A stretch of DNA of 50,577 bases from Acidimicrobiia bacterium (GTDB taxonomy: Bacteria; Actinomycetota; Acidimicrobiia; Spongiisociales; JAENVV01): assembly GCA_041577335.1 (NCBI GenBank), contig JBFGJH010000003.1, positions 62,001 to 112,577 on the forward strand, given 5' to 3'. How positions within the stretch are numbered: position 1 is the first letter of the stretch; each line of letters begins with the position of its first letter. A program made the translations under genes and the position numbers. The notes beneath the pieces are model-generated. The model had not been told where the DNA came from and made no database searches. It was given only the letters and a program-made list of their open reading frames with translations. Positions 9,563-18,919 of this stretch are shown here, piece by piece.

Positions 9563-10186
9563 ATGGACCTGGAGCGGGCGTTCGTTTTGTGGAGCCGATG
9601 GGTGGTGGTCGGGGTGGCACCGGCAGTGTTGCTGCTCGCTGTCTCGCCGACGATCTCGATCGCATTCGTGCTCACCCACCTGTCGTTTCTGGTCGCCTAT
9701 GGAATTGTTGTTGCGGTGTCGCTGGCGCCGGTTGCAGACGATCGGCCGTTCACCTCCTACGAGATGGTTGAGAGATGGCGGTGGTTCTCGGGAGCTGCGG
9801 TGGTGGTCGTCTTGGCGACGGGCGCCACGGCACTGGCCGCCCTGGCAACCTCGGCCGCAGCCAGGTATCAGCCATCGCTGCAGTTCTTGCAGTTGCTATC
9901 TGCGGTTGACATCGCCTGGGCCGGGGCCGCGCTCTATCTCGGCGTTCGTTGGTGGCGAAATGGACGGACGGCCAAGTTCGCTGCCGCCGCCCTGGGCGTG
10001 TTCTGTGTGTGGTCCCTGTGGAACTACCTGTCGTTTGTCGGGCTGGCTGCTGATGGTGGATGGCTTGTCGACGGCGGTGCGATGATGCGGCGAATCATCC
10101 CCTTCGACATGGTGGCTGCCGGCGTGGCTCTCGTGGCTTTGTGGCTCGGGGCGGGGAACAAGGCGGCGACCGTTCCGGTTGCCTGA
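9563..10186 (+). CDS. Hypothetical integral membrane protein
   Basis: About 6 hydrophobic segments; TAATCT 6 nt before the ATG; overlaps the next gene. Confidence 0.75.
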   Translation: MDLERAFVLWSRWVVVGVAPAVLLLAVSPTISIAFVLTHLSFLVAYGIVVAVSLAPVADDRPFTSYEMVERWRWFSGAAVVVVLATGATALAALATSAAARYQPSLQFLQLLSAVDIAWAGAALYLGVRWWRNGRTAKFAAAALGVFCVWSLWNYLSFVGLAADGGWLVDGGAMMRRIIPFDMVAAGVALVALWLGAGNKAATVPVA

Positions 10187-10955
10187 CGAGATGGACGGTC
10201 CCAACCCGCTCGCCGTGGCCTTTTCGATCTTTCGTTCGCTCGTCACGACCACGCGTCCTCGTTTTGGCGCCGTGCCCGGTCCCAGTCACGAGATCCTGGC
10301 AGGCGTCCTCGATGACCTCGCTCGCGAGGGCATGAGAGCGCTTGCTGAGCGCGGAGAAGATCTCACGGCATATCTCTCCGAGATGGAACTGGTTGACCCG
10401 TCGACCCTCGACCGGCAGGCGTCACTGGCATACTGGCTGAACGTGTACAACGCGGGCGCGTTGGCTCTGGCCGGCGCCGCTGCCGGGGCTGGAGCACCAT
10501 CGGTACTGCGTGTTCCAGGCGGGTTCTCGTCGCCGTTCGTCACGATTGCCGGTGAGCATCTGTCTCTCGACGCCATCGAGCACGCCAAGATCCGGCGGTT
10601 CAAGGACCCGAGGATCCACGGCGCTCTGGTCTGCGGGTCGGTTTCGTGCCCGACCTTGCGATCGACGCCCTACACAGGTGGCGGGCTCGACGACCAACTC
10701 GAAGAGCAGATGCGAGCGTTCCTGCGAGGCGGAGGCGCCCAGTACGACGCCCCCACGAACACCGTCCATCTCTCCAGAGTCTTTCTCTGGTACGGAGGAG
10801 ACTTCGTCCGGGCCCACCGGATGCCGACATTCCTCCCGGCCCGCCGAGCTCGGTTGCTATCTGTGCTCCGGCCGTGGATGGCGGGCGACCTCACCGATGG
10901 CGCGTCGGTTGAGTTCCAGAGCTACGACTGGGGCTTGCGCTGCGCGGTCGGCTAG
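10179..10955 (+). CDS. DUF547 domain protein
   Basis: LAYWLNVYNA, SLDAIEH, DPRIHGALVCGSVSCP, LSRVFLWYGGDF, YDWGL. Confidence 0.9.
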   Translation: MPDEMDGPNPLAVAFSIFRSLVTTTRPRFGAVPGPSHEILAGVLDDLAREGMRALAERGEDLTAYLSEMELVDPSTLDRQASLAYWLNVYNAGALALAGAAAGAGAPSVLRVPGGFSSPFVTIAGEHLSLDAIEHAKIRRFKDPRIHGALVCGSVSCPTLRSTPYTGGGLDDQLEEQMRAFLRGGGAQYDAPTNTVHLSRVFLWYGGDFVRAHRMPTFLPARRARLLSVLRPWMAGDLTDGASVEFQSYDWGLRCAVG

Positions 10956-11021
10956 TTGGAACGACAAATCCCGTTCCCCGGTGAGCAGGGGTGGCCGGCG
11001 GGCGCCGGCGTGACAAACCAT

Positions 11022-11050
11022 GGAACCGATCGGGTCGCTTCGTAGTCTGA
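11022..11050 (+). promoter_or_regulatory. Possible ECF-sigma promoter for the ybjQ cluster
   Basis: GGAACC-N17-GTCTGA ending 31 nt upstream of ATG 11082. An overlapping TAGTCT could instead be a sigmaA -10. Confidence 0.35.
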
Positions 11051-11081
11051 CGACCAGACTCTCAAGAAAGGCTGGTGTTCG

Positions 11082-11408
11082 ATGATCGTTGTGAACACCG
11101 AATACGTTCCCGGATACGACGTAGTCGAACTCAAAGGCTTGGTGCAGGGCAATACGATCCGCGCCAAGCATCTGGGTCGTGACATCGGTGCTTCTCTGAA
11201 GAACCTCGTTGGCGGGGAGTTGACCGGCTACACGGAACTGCTCACCGAGTCCCGGCGCGAGGCCATGGAACGGATGATGCAACAGGCTCAGCAGCTCGGC
11301 GCCAATGCCATCGTGAACATTCGATTCACAACCTCATCCGTGGCGGCCGGCGCTGCGGAGCTCTATTCCTATGGCACTGCTGTGGTGGTCGCGCCGAAAG
11401 CTCCCTGA
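11082..11408 (+). CDS. YbjQ/UPF0145 family protein
   Basis: RDIGASLKNLVGGELTGYTELLTESRREA, GANAIVNIRF, YGTAV. Confidence 0.93.
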   Translation: MIVVNTEYVPGYDVVELKGLVQGNTIRAKHLGRDIGASLKNLVGGELTGYTELLTESRREAMERMMQQAQQLGANAIVNIRFTTSSVAAGAAELYSYGTAVVVAPKAP

Positions 11409-11411
11409 GGC

Positions 11412-11891
11412 ATGGACGTCTTCTTCGACTTCCCGATCATCCTCACGGGCCTGGTCCTCGCCGGCGCATTCTTGCTTGCCGGCTTCATCGTGGGCGGCAC
11501 CAGGGAACGTCATCACCTGGCAGACATCGAGCGGCGCGATCGCCTTCATGCGAGTTTCCCCGTCTATGACATTGGGCTCACTCCGCCAGGCGTGCATCCC
11601 CGCCGCGGCGAGATCGTGCTTGGGCAAGTCGTCATCGCCTCCGATTATTTCAAGGAGTTCGTCGCCAGGTGGAAATCCCGCTTCGGCGGCGAACTGAAGT
11701 CCTTCGTGAGCATGGTGGAGCGGGGCAAGGCAGAGGCTCGCCTGCGCATGATCGAGAGCGCTCGCCAACAAGGAGCGGTTGCGGTCATCAATGTGCGATT
11801 CGAGACGTCCGAGATCGGCGGCGGCGCAGAGTCGCGCGCCAGTCGGTCGATGAGCGAAGTGCTTTGCTACGGGACGGCAATTTTCGAGTGA
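11412..11891 (+). CDS. YbjQ/UPF0145 family protein with N-terminal TM helix
   Basis: VVIASDYFK, FGGELKSF, AVINVRFETS, EVLCYGTA. Confidence 0.88.
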   Translation: MDVFFDFPIILTGLVLAGAFLLAGFIVGGTRERHHLADIERRDRLHASFPVYDIGLTPPGVHPRRGEIVLGQVVIASDYFKEFVARWKSRFGGELKSFVSMVERGKAEARLRMIESARQQGAVAVINVRFETSEIGGGAESRASRSMSEVLCYGTAIFE

Positions 11892-12568
11892 GCGAACGAT
11901 CAGATCCGTCGGTCTCCGATGAGCCGGCTCTTGGCTCCGGAGCGACGCGTCCTCCGGGAGCCGACGATCTGTCCGATGAGCCGGCGCTCTCAGAGGCAGC
12001 CGGCAAGGGCGACCCGCGCCACGCGCCTGATCAGGAGCCCGCCCTGGCGTGGGCACGCGGGCTGCCGACGTACGGCGAGGTGTACGAGGACCTCCGAGCG
12101 GACACCAGCAAAGTCGAGTTCCGAAGTGCGGTCATCGTCGCCGGCTGTTTGTCATTTGTCTCGGGCATCTTGCTGATCCCGGTTGTCGCGGCCGGCAGTG
12201 TGTTCTGGGGCCCGTGGGTGGTGGTAGCGCTGCTTTCTGCCCCTACCTTGGCACTTGTCGAACGCCGACCCTGGCAGGTCTCTTCGGCGAGAGTGCCGTT
12301 CTTGGTTCCATTGATCACGACGATCCCCACGTGGGTTCTGGCCGTGCTTTTGGGACTTTTCAGTGGCCTGGGGCGACTCGCCGGCCTGGTGTTCGCCACC
12401 TTCTTGACAGCAGCCGCGGCCATGCTCGGGGCCGGCATGGCCAAGCTGTGGCGGGCGGCCGACCGCGAACATGAGCCGCCGCATATTCGTCCGTTCATCC
12501 CCTACGCAGCGGCCGCTTTGCTCGTGGTGGTCGCGGGAATGATCGTTGTTGTCTGGATCGTTGTGTGA
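11888..12568 (+). CDS. Membrane protein (possible degenerate PrsW-like protein)
   Basis: GTG overlaps the upstream stop (GTGA). N-terminus carries three EPAL repeats, followed by about 5 TM helices. Confidence 0.7.
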   Translation: MSERSDPSVSDEPALGSGATRPPGADDLSDEPALSEAAGKGDPRHAPDQEPALAWARGLPTYGEVYEDLRADTSKVEFRSAVIVAGCLSFVSGILLIPVVAAGSVFWGPWVVVALLSAPTLALVERRPWQVSSARVPFLVPLITTIPTWVLAVLLGLFSGLGRLAGLVFATFLTAAAAMLGAGMAKLWRAADREHEPPHIRPFIPYAAAALLVVVAGMIVVVWIVV

Positions 12569-12607
12569 CCGGGAGCGCAACGCCGTCGGACTACGGTGCG
12601 TGCCGAG

Positions 12608-13792
12608 ATGCGAGAACTTCGTTTGGACCAAGCTCGCCGAATCGCCCTCGCCGCGCAGGGATTCGCAGACGCGGCGCCGAGAGGCACAGTCGACCGTCGC
12701 AACATTCGACGAGCCATCCGTCGCATGGGCCTCCTCCAAATCGACTCCGTCAACGTGTGTGTGCGTTCTCACTACATGCCCCTCTTCAGCCGCCTCGGTC
12801 CCTATCGCCGCGCGCTCCTCGACGAGATGGCGTATCGCGATCGCGAGCTGTTCGAATATTGGGGCCACGAAGCATCGTTCCTACCGATGGACACATATCC
12901 GCTGTTCCGTGACAGGATGGCGTCGGCTCGCCCCGGGGGTCGGGTTCGGCAGCTGATGGAAGAACACCCCGGCTATATCGACCAGGTCTACGCAGAGGTT
13001 CACGAGCGTGGGCCGTTGTCGGTCGGCGATCTCGAGGACGGGGGAGGACGGACGGGCCCGTGGTGGGGATACGGCAAGGGAAAGATCGCCCTCGAATGGC
13101 TGTTCCATACCGGGCGCGTCTTGTGCAGCCACCGCAACAACTTCACGCGGTACTACGACGTCGCCGAGCGCATCATTCCCGACAACGTCCTGAACGCACC
13201 GACCGTCGGCCGCGACGAAGCCCACAAACAGCTGCTCCTCTTGGCTTCCCGATCCCACGGCGTTGGCACGGCGTCAGATCTCGCCGACTACTACCGCATC
13301 CGGATACCCGAGGCGAGGCCTTTGCTGGCCGAATTGGTCGAGGACGGCCAACTCGAGGAGGTGCATGTGGAGGGTTGGAAGCAGCCTGCCTACGTGCATC
13401 CGGGAATGCGCCTTCCGCGCCGCGTCGACGCTGGTGGGTTGCTGACGCCTTTCGATCCGGTGATCTGGGAGCGGTCGCGTGCCGAGCGCCTGTTCGGGTT
13501 TCGCTACCGGATTGAGATCTATGTGCCGGCGCCGCAGCGGCAGTTCGGCTATTACGTCTACCCCTTCTTGATGGGAGATTCGCTGGTCGCCAGGGTCGAC
13601 CTCAAATCCGACCGAAGTCGCAGCTCCTTGATGGTGAAGGGTGCCTTCGTCGAAGACGGCCAGGATCCCTCGCGGGTGGCCGATGGGCTGGCGGCCGAAC
13701 TCCACCAGATGGCATCGTGGCTGGCGATGGATGACATCGAGGTCGCCGATCACGGATCCCTGGCTGCCGACCTCAGCCGGGCCTTGGGCTGA
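12608..13792 (+). CDS. ycaQ: YcaQ/AlkZ-like (HTH_42) crosslink-repair DNA glycosylase family protein
   Basis: LQIDSVNV (QxD motif), FEYWGHEAS, LLTPFDP, YRIEIYVP..R.FGYY, RVDLKSDR. Alternative GTG start at 12596. Confidence 0.9.
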   Translation: MRELRLDQARRIALAAQGFADAAPRGTVDRRNIRRAIRRMGLLQIDSVNVCVRSHYMPLFSRLGPYRRALLDEMAYRDRELFEYWGHEASFLPMDTYPLFRDRMASARPGGRVRQLMEEHPGYIDQVYAEVHERGPLSVGDLEDGGGRTGPWWGYGKGKIALEWLFHTGRVLCSHRNNFTRYYDVAERIIPDNVLNAPTVGRDEAHKQLLLLASRSHGVGTASDLADYYRIRIPEARPLLAELVEDGQLEEVHVEGWKQPAYVHPGMRLPRRVDAGGLLTPFDPVIWERSRAERLFGFRYRIEIYVPAPQRQFGYYVYPFLMGDSLVARVDLKSDRSRSSLMVKGAFVEDGQDPSRVADGLAAELHQMASWLAMDDIEVADHGSLAADLSRALG

Positions 13793-13804
13793 AGGGCACC
13801 CGAG

Positions 13805-15085
13805 CTACGGGTGATCTCGTGCGGTGTCGTCTTGCCCACGGGTCTCTGCTGCCAGAAGGAGCCGATCATGCCGATTCCGGCGCGTGGCCCAGGCGTAGAG
13901 AAAGACGGCCGGCATCAGAAAGAACCCGGCCACAACAAACGCCATGCTGAGTGACGCCGCGGTTGCGATCCACCCGAGTACCGGGCCGCCGGCAGCCTGC
14001 CCGAGGGCGTCACTTTGTGATTGCATCGAGAACACGGTGGCCCGCGAACGCGACTCGAGCTGTTCGTTCAACCATGCCGTGACGAGCGGTCCGTGAACGA
14101 CGCGAATAAGGATTGCCGCTTGGTACAACGCCACCGCGAGAGCGAATTGTCCTGCCAGCCCCAGCCCGACAACGACTGCGCCGAGCAGGAATACCAGGAC
14201 CGTGAGCACCGCCGGAATGTGAACGACCCTGCCAGACGTGATGCGTTTGTGAATGGCGCCGGCGGCAACGATGGACAGAATCATCGCCGCGGCGTCGATC
14301 GCTCCGAACCACACCACGGCCGACCAATCGGGGGCAGCTGGGAAGGTGAAATCGGCAAGGATCAAGGCCTCCCAAAGACGATCGAATGCCTCCGAGAAGG
14401 CGCCAAAGAACACGGCGGCACCCAACAGTGCCAGCAAGGCCCGGTGCCCGCGCACCAGGTCGGCGCCGTGGCCCAGGGTGGCTTTCATGTCGTGCCAGGT
14501 TTCCCGCTGAGATTCGGGAACTCTTCGAAAACCGGCCTCAGGCATCAGGAGCACCAAGGCGGCGGCGAGGAGCAGATGCCCGATACCACCGACGATCAGC
14601 GGCAGTCTGAGGTTGATTGAGGCGAGTGCCACCGCTGCTCCGATTCCCCCAAGTGATGCGACCTGGCGGACTTGCGCGCCCCGCAACAGCGCCCTGGTGG
14701 TGGCGAGGTCGTCCTGGATCTCGTCGGCGAGCCACGCTTCGGTCGCTCCGCTGGTGAAAGTGAACCCGATTCCCCACACGACCTGCGCCACCACGACGGC
14801 ACCGAAGATCGGGATTGAGCCCTCGAGGATGAATCCGATACCCATGATGGTGATACCGACAATGATCGAGAGGCGTCGACTTATGGTGTCGGCGACGACT
14901 CCGGTGGGGATCTCGAATACGAAGGTGCTGATTTCCAGGGCGGTACCCACCAGCACGAGCTGCACCGGGCTGAGGCCCACCTCCTGGATTCGATACAGCG
15001 CCGACAGGGCTGCCCACGTCCAGAAGAAGAACCCCGTTGCGCCGGCAACCCACAGGTAGACGCGGTATGCAGTTGGAGACGACAG
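13805..15085 (-). CDS. MFS transporter, TetA(P)-like (DHA3), probable CTG start
   Basis: QLVLVGTALE...FEIPTGVVAD..SRRLS, SGATEAWLADE. Frame stays open 35 codons upstream of GTG 14980 and encodes TM1. CTG 15085 lies 6 nt after GGGAG. Confidence 0.88.
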   Translation of the reverse strand: MSSPTAYRVYLWVAGATGFFFWTWAALSALYRIQEVGLSPVQLVLVGTALEISTFVFEIPTGVVADTISRRLSIIVGITIMGIGFILEGSIPIFGAVVVAQVVWGIGFTFTSGATEAWLADEIQDDLATTRALLRGAQVRQVASLGGIGAAVALASINLRLPLIVGGIGHLLLAAALVLLMPEAGFRRVPESQRETWHDMKATLGHGADLVRGHRALLALLGAAVFFGAFSEAFDRLWEALILADFTFPAAPDWSAVVWFGAIDAAAMILSIVAAGAIHKRITSGRVVHIPAVLTVLVFLLGAVVVGLGLAGQFALAVALYQAAILIRVVHGPLVTAWLNEQLESRSRATVFSMQSQSDALGQAAGGPVLGWIATAASLSMAFVVAGFFLMPAVFLYAWATRRNRHDRLLLAAETRGQDDTARDHP

Positions 15086-15249
15086 GCTTCACTCCCGGAT
15101 TGGGGCTGCAGGCTAGGGAGCATACGGAGCACGCGCCGAGGCTTATCTCCTGTACCGGTGCGGCAGTTCTGCCAGGGGCGACCGCTCGGCAGGGGGGAGC
15201 GCCCCGGGTCTGGTCGCCTTTCCGGTTGACATCCTCTGTGTGCTGAGTG

Positions 15250-15711
15250 TCAGCCCGCCAGCGTGGTTTCGGCGAGCTCCTGCCGGTACTCCGCCAGCTC
15301 TGTTTGCAGGTGCTCGTCGCTCACGGCGAGGATGGCCACCGCCAGCAATGCCGCGTTGGAGGCGCCGTCGATCGCCACCGTCGCCACAGGGATGCCGGTT
15401 GGCATCTGGACAGTGGCCAGCAGTGCATCCATCCCATCGAGGGATGCCGAGAGCGGAACGCCGATCACCGGCAATGTCGACTTTGCCGCCATGATGCCGG
15501 CGAGGTGGGCTGCTTTACCCGCGCCGGCGATGATGACGCTGTAGCCGTTGTGGCGAGCGGAGGCGGCGAACTCGATGGCGACGTCCGGAGTCTTGTGAGC
15601 AGACATCACCTGTTGGGTGTATTCGATCCCGAATCGGCCGAGCATCTCACCGGCCTTTTCCATTGCCGGTCGGTCTTTTCCTGATCCCATGACGATGGCG
15701 ACCTTGCTCAT
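15250..15711 (-). CDS. purE: N5-carboxyaminoimidazole ribonucleotide mutase
   Basis: [38 protein letters not shown] overlap with the purD stop. Confidence 0.96.
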   Translation of the reverse strand: MSKVAIVMGSGKDRPAMEKAGEMLGRFGIEYTQQVMSAHKTPDVAIEFAASARHNGYSVIIAGAGKAAHLAGIMAAKSTLPVIGVPLSASLDGMDALLATVQMPTGIPVATVAIDGASNAALLAVAILAVSDEHLQTELAEYRQELAETTLAG

Positions 15712-16961
15712 GACACTCCTGCGATATCGGTTCGGTACTGGGCTCCTAGCCACGAGATCGTAGCCACCCGGTCGTATGCGTTCCTGCGGGCTGAGGGTAG
15801 ATCGGGCCCGGTTCCCACGACATTGAGGATTCGGCCACCGGCGGTGACCAGTCCGTCGGGTGTTGTGCGCGTCCCGGCCTGGAAGACAATCGAGTCGGTC
15901 TCCGGGTCGAGTGAACCCCGAATGGCATCGCCTGTGCGCGGGGATTCCGGATAGCCCTCCGCCGCCATCACCACGTTCACCGTCGAGGTGTCGAGCCACC
16001 GGGGCATGACGTCGGCGAGGCCGCCATCGACGGCCGCCGTCAGGAGTTCTACGAGGGGGCCATCGAGGCGAGGGAGCACCGCTTGGGTTTCCGGGTCGCC
16101 GAGCCGGCAGTTGAACTCGAGTACCCGGGGCCCGTCGCCGGTGAGAACGAACCCCGTGTAGAGGAAGCCTCGATACGGAGTGCCGCGTTCGGCCATCGTG
16201 GAGAGCACCGGGCCGACCACGCGATCCATCGTATAGGCGACGATGCCTGTAGGGAGGTCGGGAACCGGCGAGTATGAGCCCATCCCGCCGGTGTTGGGGC
16301 CGACATCACCGTCATACGCACGCTTGTAGTCGCGAGCGGGGGCGAGAGGTATGGCCTCGGTTCCGTCACATACGGCAAAGACGCTCAGCTCGGGCCCGTC
16401 GAGAAAATCCTCGATGACGATCTGGGCCCCTGCCTCTCCGAAGGCGCCATCCAGGCAGGTGTGTGCCCAGGTTTTGGCAGCTTCGAGGTCGTCGGTGACA
16501 AGGACTCCTTTGCCGGCCGCAAGGCCATCTGCTTTCACGACGTATGGCCCTGACGACTTCCCGAGATGGGCCATGGCCGCATCGCGATCATCGAACGTTG
16601 CCCAACCTGCCGTCGGCACCCCGGCGTCTCGCATGATGTCTTTGGCAAACGCCTTGGATGCTTCGAGCTGGGCGGCCGCCCGGGTGGGGCCGAACACCGG
16701 AACCCGAACCCGGTCGAGGGCGTCGACCAGGCCGGCAGCAAGAGGAGCTTCGGGACCGACAACCACCAGGTCGAACGAACGGTCCGCGGCCATGGCGGCC
16801 ACAGCCCCTATGTCGGTGCTCGAAATGCCTTCGACAACTCCGCCGAGTGACGCCAAGCCGGGGTTGCCAGGCAGGCTGGTGAGGGTCACGCTGGGATCTT
16901 GCACCAGCTTCCAGCCCAGGGCGTGCTCTCGCCCACCTCCGCCGATCAGCAGGACGTTCAC
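15708..16961 (-). CDS. purD: Phosphoribosylamine--glycine ligase
   Basis: GGGGREHAL, VGPEAPL, KADGLAAGKGV, GPNTGGMG, EFNCRLGDPETQ. GTGA overlap with purA. Confidence 0.97.
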   Translation of the reverse strand: MNVLLIGGGGREHALGWKLVQDPSVTLTSLPGNPGLASLGGVVEGISSTDIGAVAAMAADRSFDLVVVGPEAPLAAGLVDALDRVRVPVFGPTRAAAQLEASKAFAKDIMRDAGVPTAGWATFDDRDAAMAHLGKSSGPYVVKADGLAAGKGVLVTDDLEAAKTWAHTCLDGAFGEAGAQIVIEDFLDGPELSVFAVCDGTEAIPLAPARDYKRAYDGDVGPNTGGMGSYSPVPDLPTGIVAYTMDRVVGPVLSTMAERGTPYRGFLYTGFVLTGDGPRVLEFNCRLGDPETQAVLPRLDGPLVELLTAAVDGGLADVMPRWLDTSTVNVVMAAEGYPESPRTGDAIRGSLDPETDSIVFQAGTRTTPDGLVTAGGRILNVVGTGPDLPSARRNAYDRVATISWLGAQYRTDIAGVS

Positions 16962-18232
16962 GTTCGGTGCAGGAGCTGCTGCCGCTCGGGGCCCACCGAT
17001 ACCCACCGAACCGGCGTCATCACCCTGTCTTCGATGAACTCGATGTATTGCTGCGCCTCTTTGGGCAGGTCGCCGAACGCTCGAATCTCTGAGATGTCCA
17101 CCCCCCAGCCAGGGAGCGTTTCATAGATCGGCTGGCAGTTGTAGAGAACTCGCTGTTGGCGGGGGAACTCGGAGTACTGCTCGCCCAAGCTGGTGTAGCC
17201 GACGGCCACCTTGATTTCGTCGAAAGCCGACAGAATGTCGAGTTTGGTGAGGAAGATGTCGGTCAGACTGTTGACTCGCACGGCGTAGCGCAGGGCCACC
17301 AAGTCGAGCCACCCACAGCGCCGCCGGCGGCCGGTTACCACTCCATATTCTCCGCCCAGATCGACCATCATGTCGCCGATCTCGTCGTGTAGCTCCGTCG
17401 GGAATGGGCCGGTGCCGACCCGCGAAATGTAGGCCTTGGCGACCCCGACCACTCGATCGATCACTTTGGGGCCTAGGCCCGTCCCGGTGAGGACACCTCC
17501 GGCGGTGGGGCTCGATGAGGTCACGAATGGATAGGTACCGTGGTCGACGTCCAGCAACGTTCCCTGGGCGCCCTCGAAGAGGACCGTCTTCCCGTCGCGC
17601 AGGCCCTCCCAGAGCAGCAGCGATGTGTCGGTGACGAATGGCAGGAGGCGCGAGGCATAGCCCAGGTATTCATCGGCGATCTCGTCGACGTCCATCGGGA
17701 GCTGGTTGTAAACCCGGGTCAGCAGCTTGTTCTTCTCGGACAAAGCGATCGTGACCTTGTCGACAAAGATCTTCGGATCGAACAGGTCCTGGACCCTGAT
17801 CCCCGACCGGGCGTACTTGTCCGTGTACGCCGGTCCGATGCCCTTCTTGGTCGTGCCGATCTGCTGGCGACCGAGATAGCGCTCGATCATTGCGTCGATC
17901 TTCCGATGGTACGGCATGATGAGGTGAGCATTGGATGAGATTCGAAGTCGACTCGGGTCGACCCCCCGGCCCCGCAGCATGTCGAGCTCGTCGAGGAGAA
18001 CCTTGGGATCGATCACGCAACCGGACGCGATCACCGGAATGGCTTGCGGGTACATGACACCGCTGGGTGTCAACGAAAGTGCGAACTTCTCTTCGCCGAT
18101 GATGATCGTATGTCCGGCATTGTTGCCACCCTGGTAGCGAACAACGAAGTCGGCCGACTCTGAGAAGAAATCGGTGACTCGCCCCTTGCCTTCGTCGCCC
18201 CATTGGGCCCCCAGCACGATGTTTGCCGGCAT
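16958..18232 (-). CDS. purA: Adenylosuccinate synthetase
   Basis: QWGDEGKG, GGNNAGHT, GIGPAY, EGAQG, GTYPFVTSS, TGRRRRCGW. Confidence 0.98.
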   Translation of the reverse strand: MPANIVLGAQWGDEGKGRVTDFFSESADFVVRYQGGNNAGHTIIIGEEKFALSLTPSGVMYPQAIPVIASGCVIDPKVLLDELDMLRGRGVDPSRLRISSNAHLIMPYHRKIDAMIERYLGRQQIGTTKKGIGPAYTDKYARSGIRVQDLFDPKIFVDKVTIALSEKNKLLTRVYNQLPMDVDEIADEYLGYASRLLPFVTDTSLLLWEGLRDGKTVLFEGAQGTLLDVDHGTYPFVTSSSPTAGGVLTGTGLGPKVIDRVVGVAKAYISRVGTGPFPTELHDEIGDMMVDLGGEYGVVTGRRRRCGWLDLVALRYAVRVNSLTDIFLTKLDILSAFDEIKVAVGYTSLGEQYSEFPRQQRVLYNCQPIYETLPGWGVDISEIRAFGDLPKEAQQYIEFIEDRVMTPVRWVSVGPERQQLLHRT

Positions 18233-18310
18233 GCTTGCTCCCTTGCTGTCGGCGCGATGGTAGCTGTCGGCTCGATCCCTTTTGAGGGGCCGCCGTTACA
18301 CTGATCGGGC

Positions 18311-18919
18311 ATGCCGAAGATCCGGGCCGACAACATCGCTGCGCACAAGAAACTGATACGAAGTCAGGTTCTGGAGGCGGCGAAAGAGCTCATCGAGGAG
18401 TTCGGTTTCGAGGCGACCTCCCTTGGAGACATTGCCCGTCAGGTCGGTATCGGCAGGACCACTCTCTACGAGTATTTCTCAGACAAAGATGACATCGTGG
18501 CAACCCTCGTCGAGGAGGAGCTGCCGGCCGTGATCGACGAGATGGTTTCCACGATTCCCGACGATTTGTCGGCCCGTGACCGGCTCGCCGAGCTCGCCGT
18601 GCGCATGGTCGAGTTCATCGTGACCGACCCATTGCTCGGCGACCTTCTCCACCGCGAGCTTCCCAAACTCTCCCAGTTGACTCAGGATCGGGTGGCTGTC
18701 TCCCATAGGGGGCTCTCGATCGAGTTCGGAGCGGTGTATCGGGCGGGGGTCGAGTCGGGTGAGCTAGCCGATCTGCCGATGGATCTGGCGGGTCGCTTCA
18801 TTCAGGATCTCATCATGTCGGCTGCCAGGGCCCTCATCGAGTCTGATGATCCCAAAGGTCGCAGCCCAGAGGTCATCGACGCGATGGTGACGATGCTGCT
18901 CCACGGCGTCGGCCGGTGA
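18311..18919 (+). CDS. TetR/AcrR family transcriptional regulator
   Basis: HTH TSLGDIARQVGIGRTTLYEYFSDK. Confidence 0.92.
   Translation: MPKIRADNIAAHKKLIRSQVLEAAKELIEEFGFEATSLGDIARQVGIGRTTLYEYFSDKDDIVATLVEEELPAVIDEMVSTIPDDLSARDRLAELAVRMVEFIVTDPLLGDLLHRELPKLSQLTQDRVAVSHRGLSIEFGAVYRAGVESGELADLPMDLAGRFIQDLIMSAARALIESDDPKGRSPEVIDAMVTMLLHGVGR

Noticed and set aside
13805..15085. Acquired tetracycline resistance gene
   Set aside because: Only family-level similarity to TetA(P); chromosomal context beside purE, with no mobility genes.
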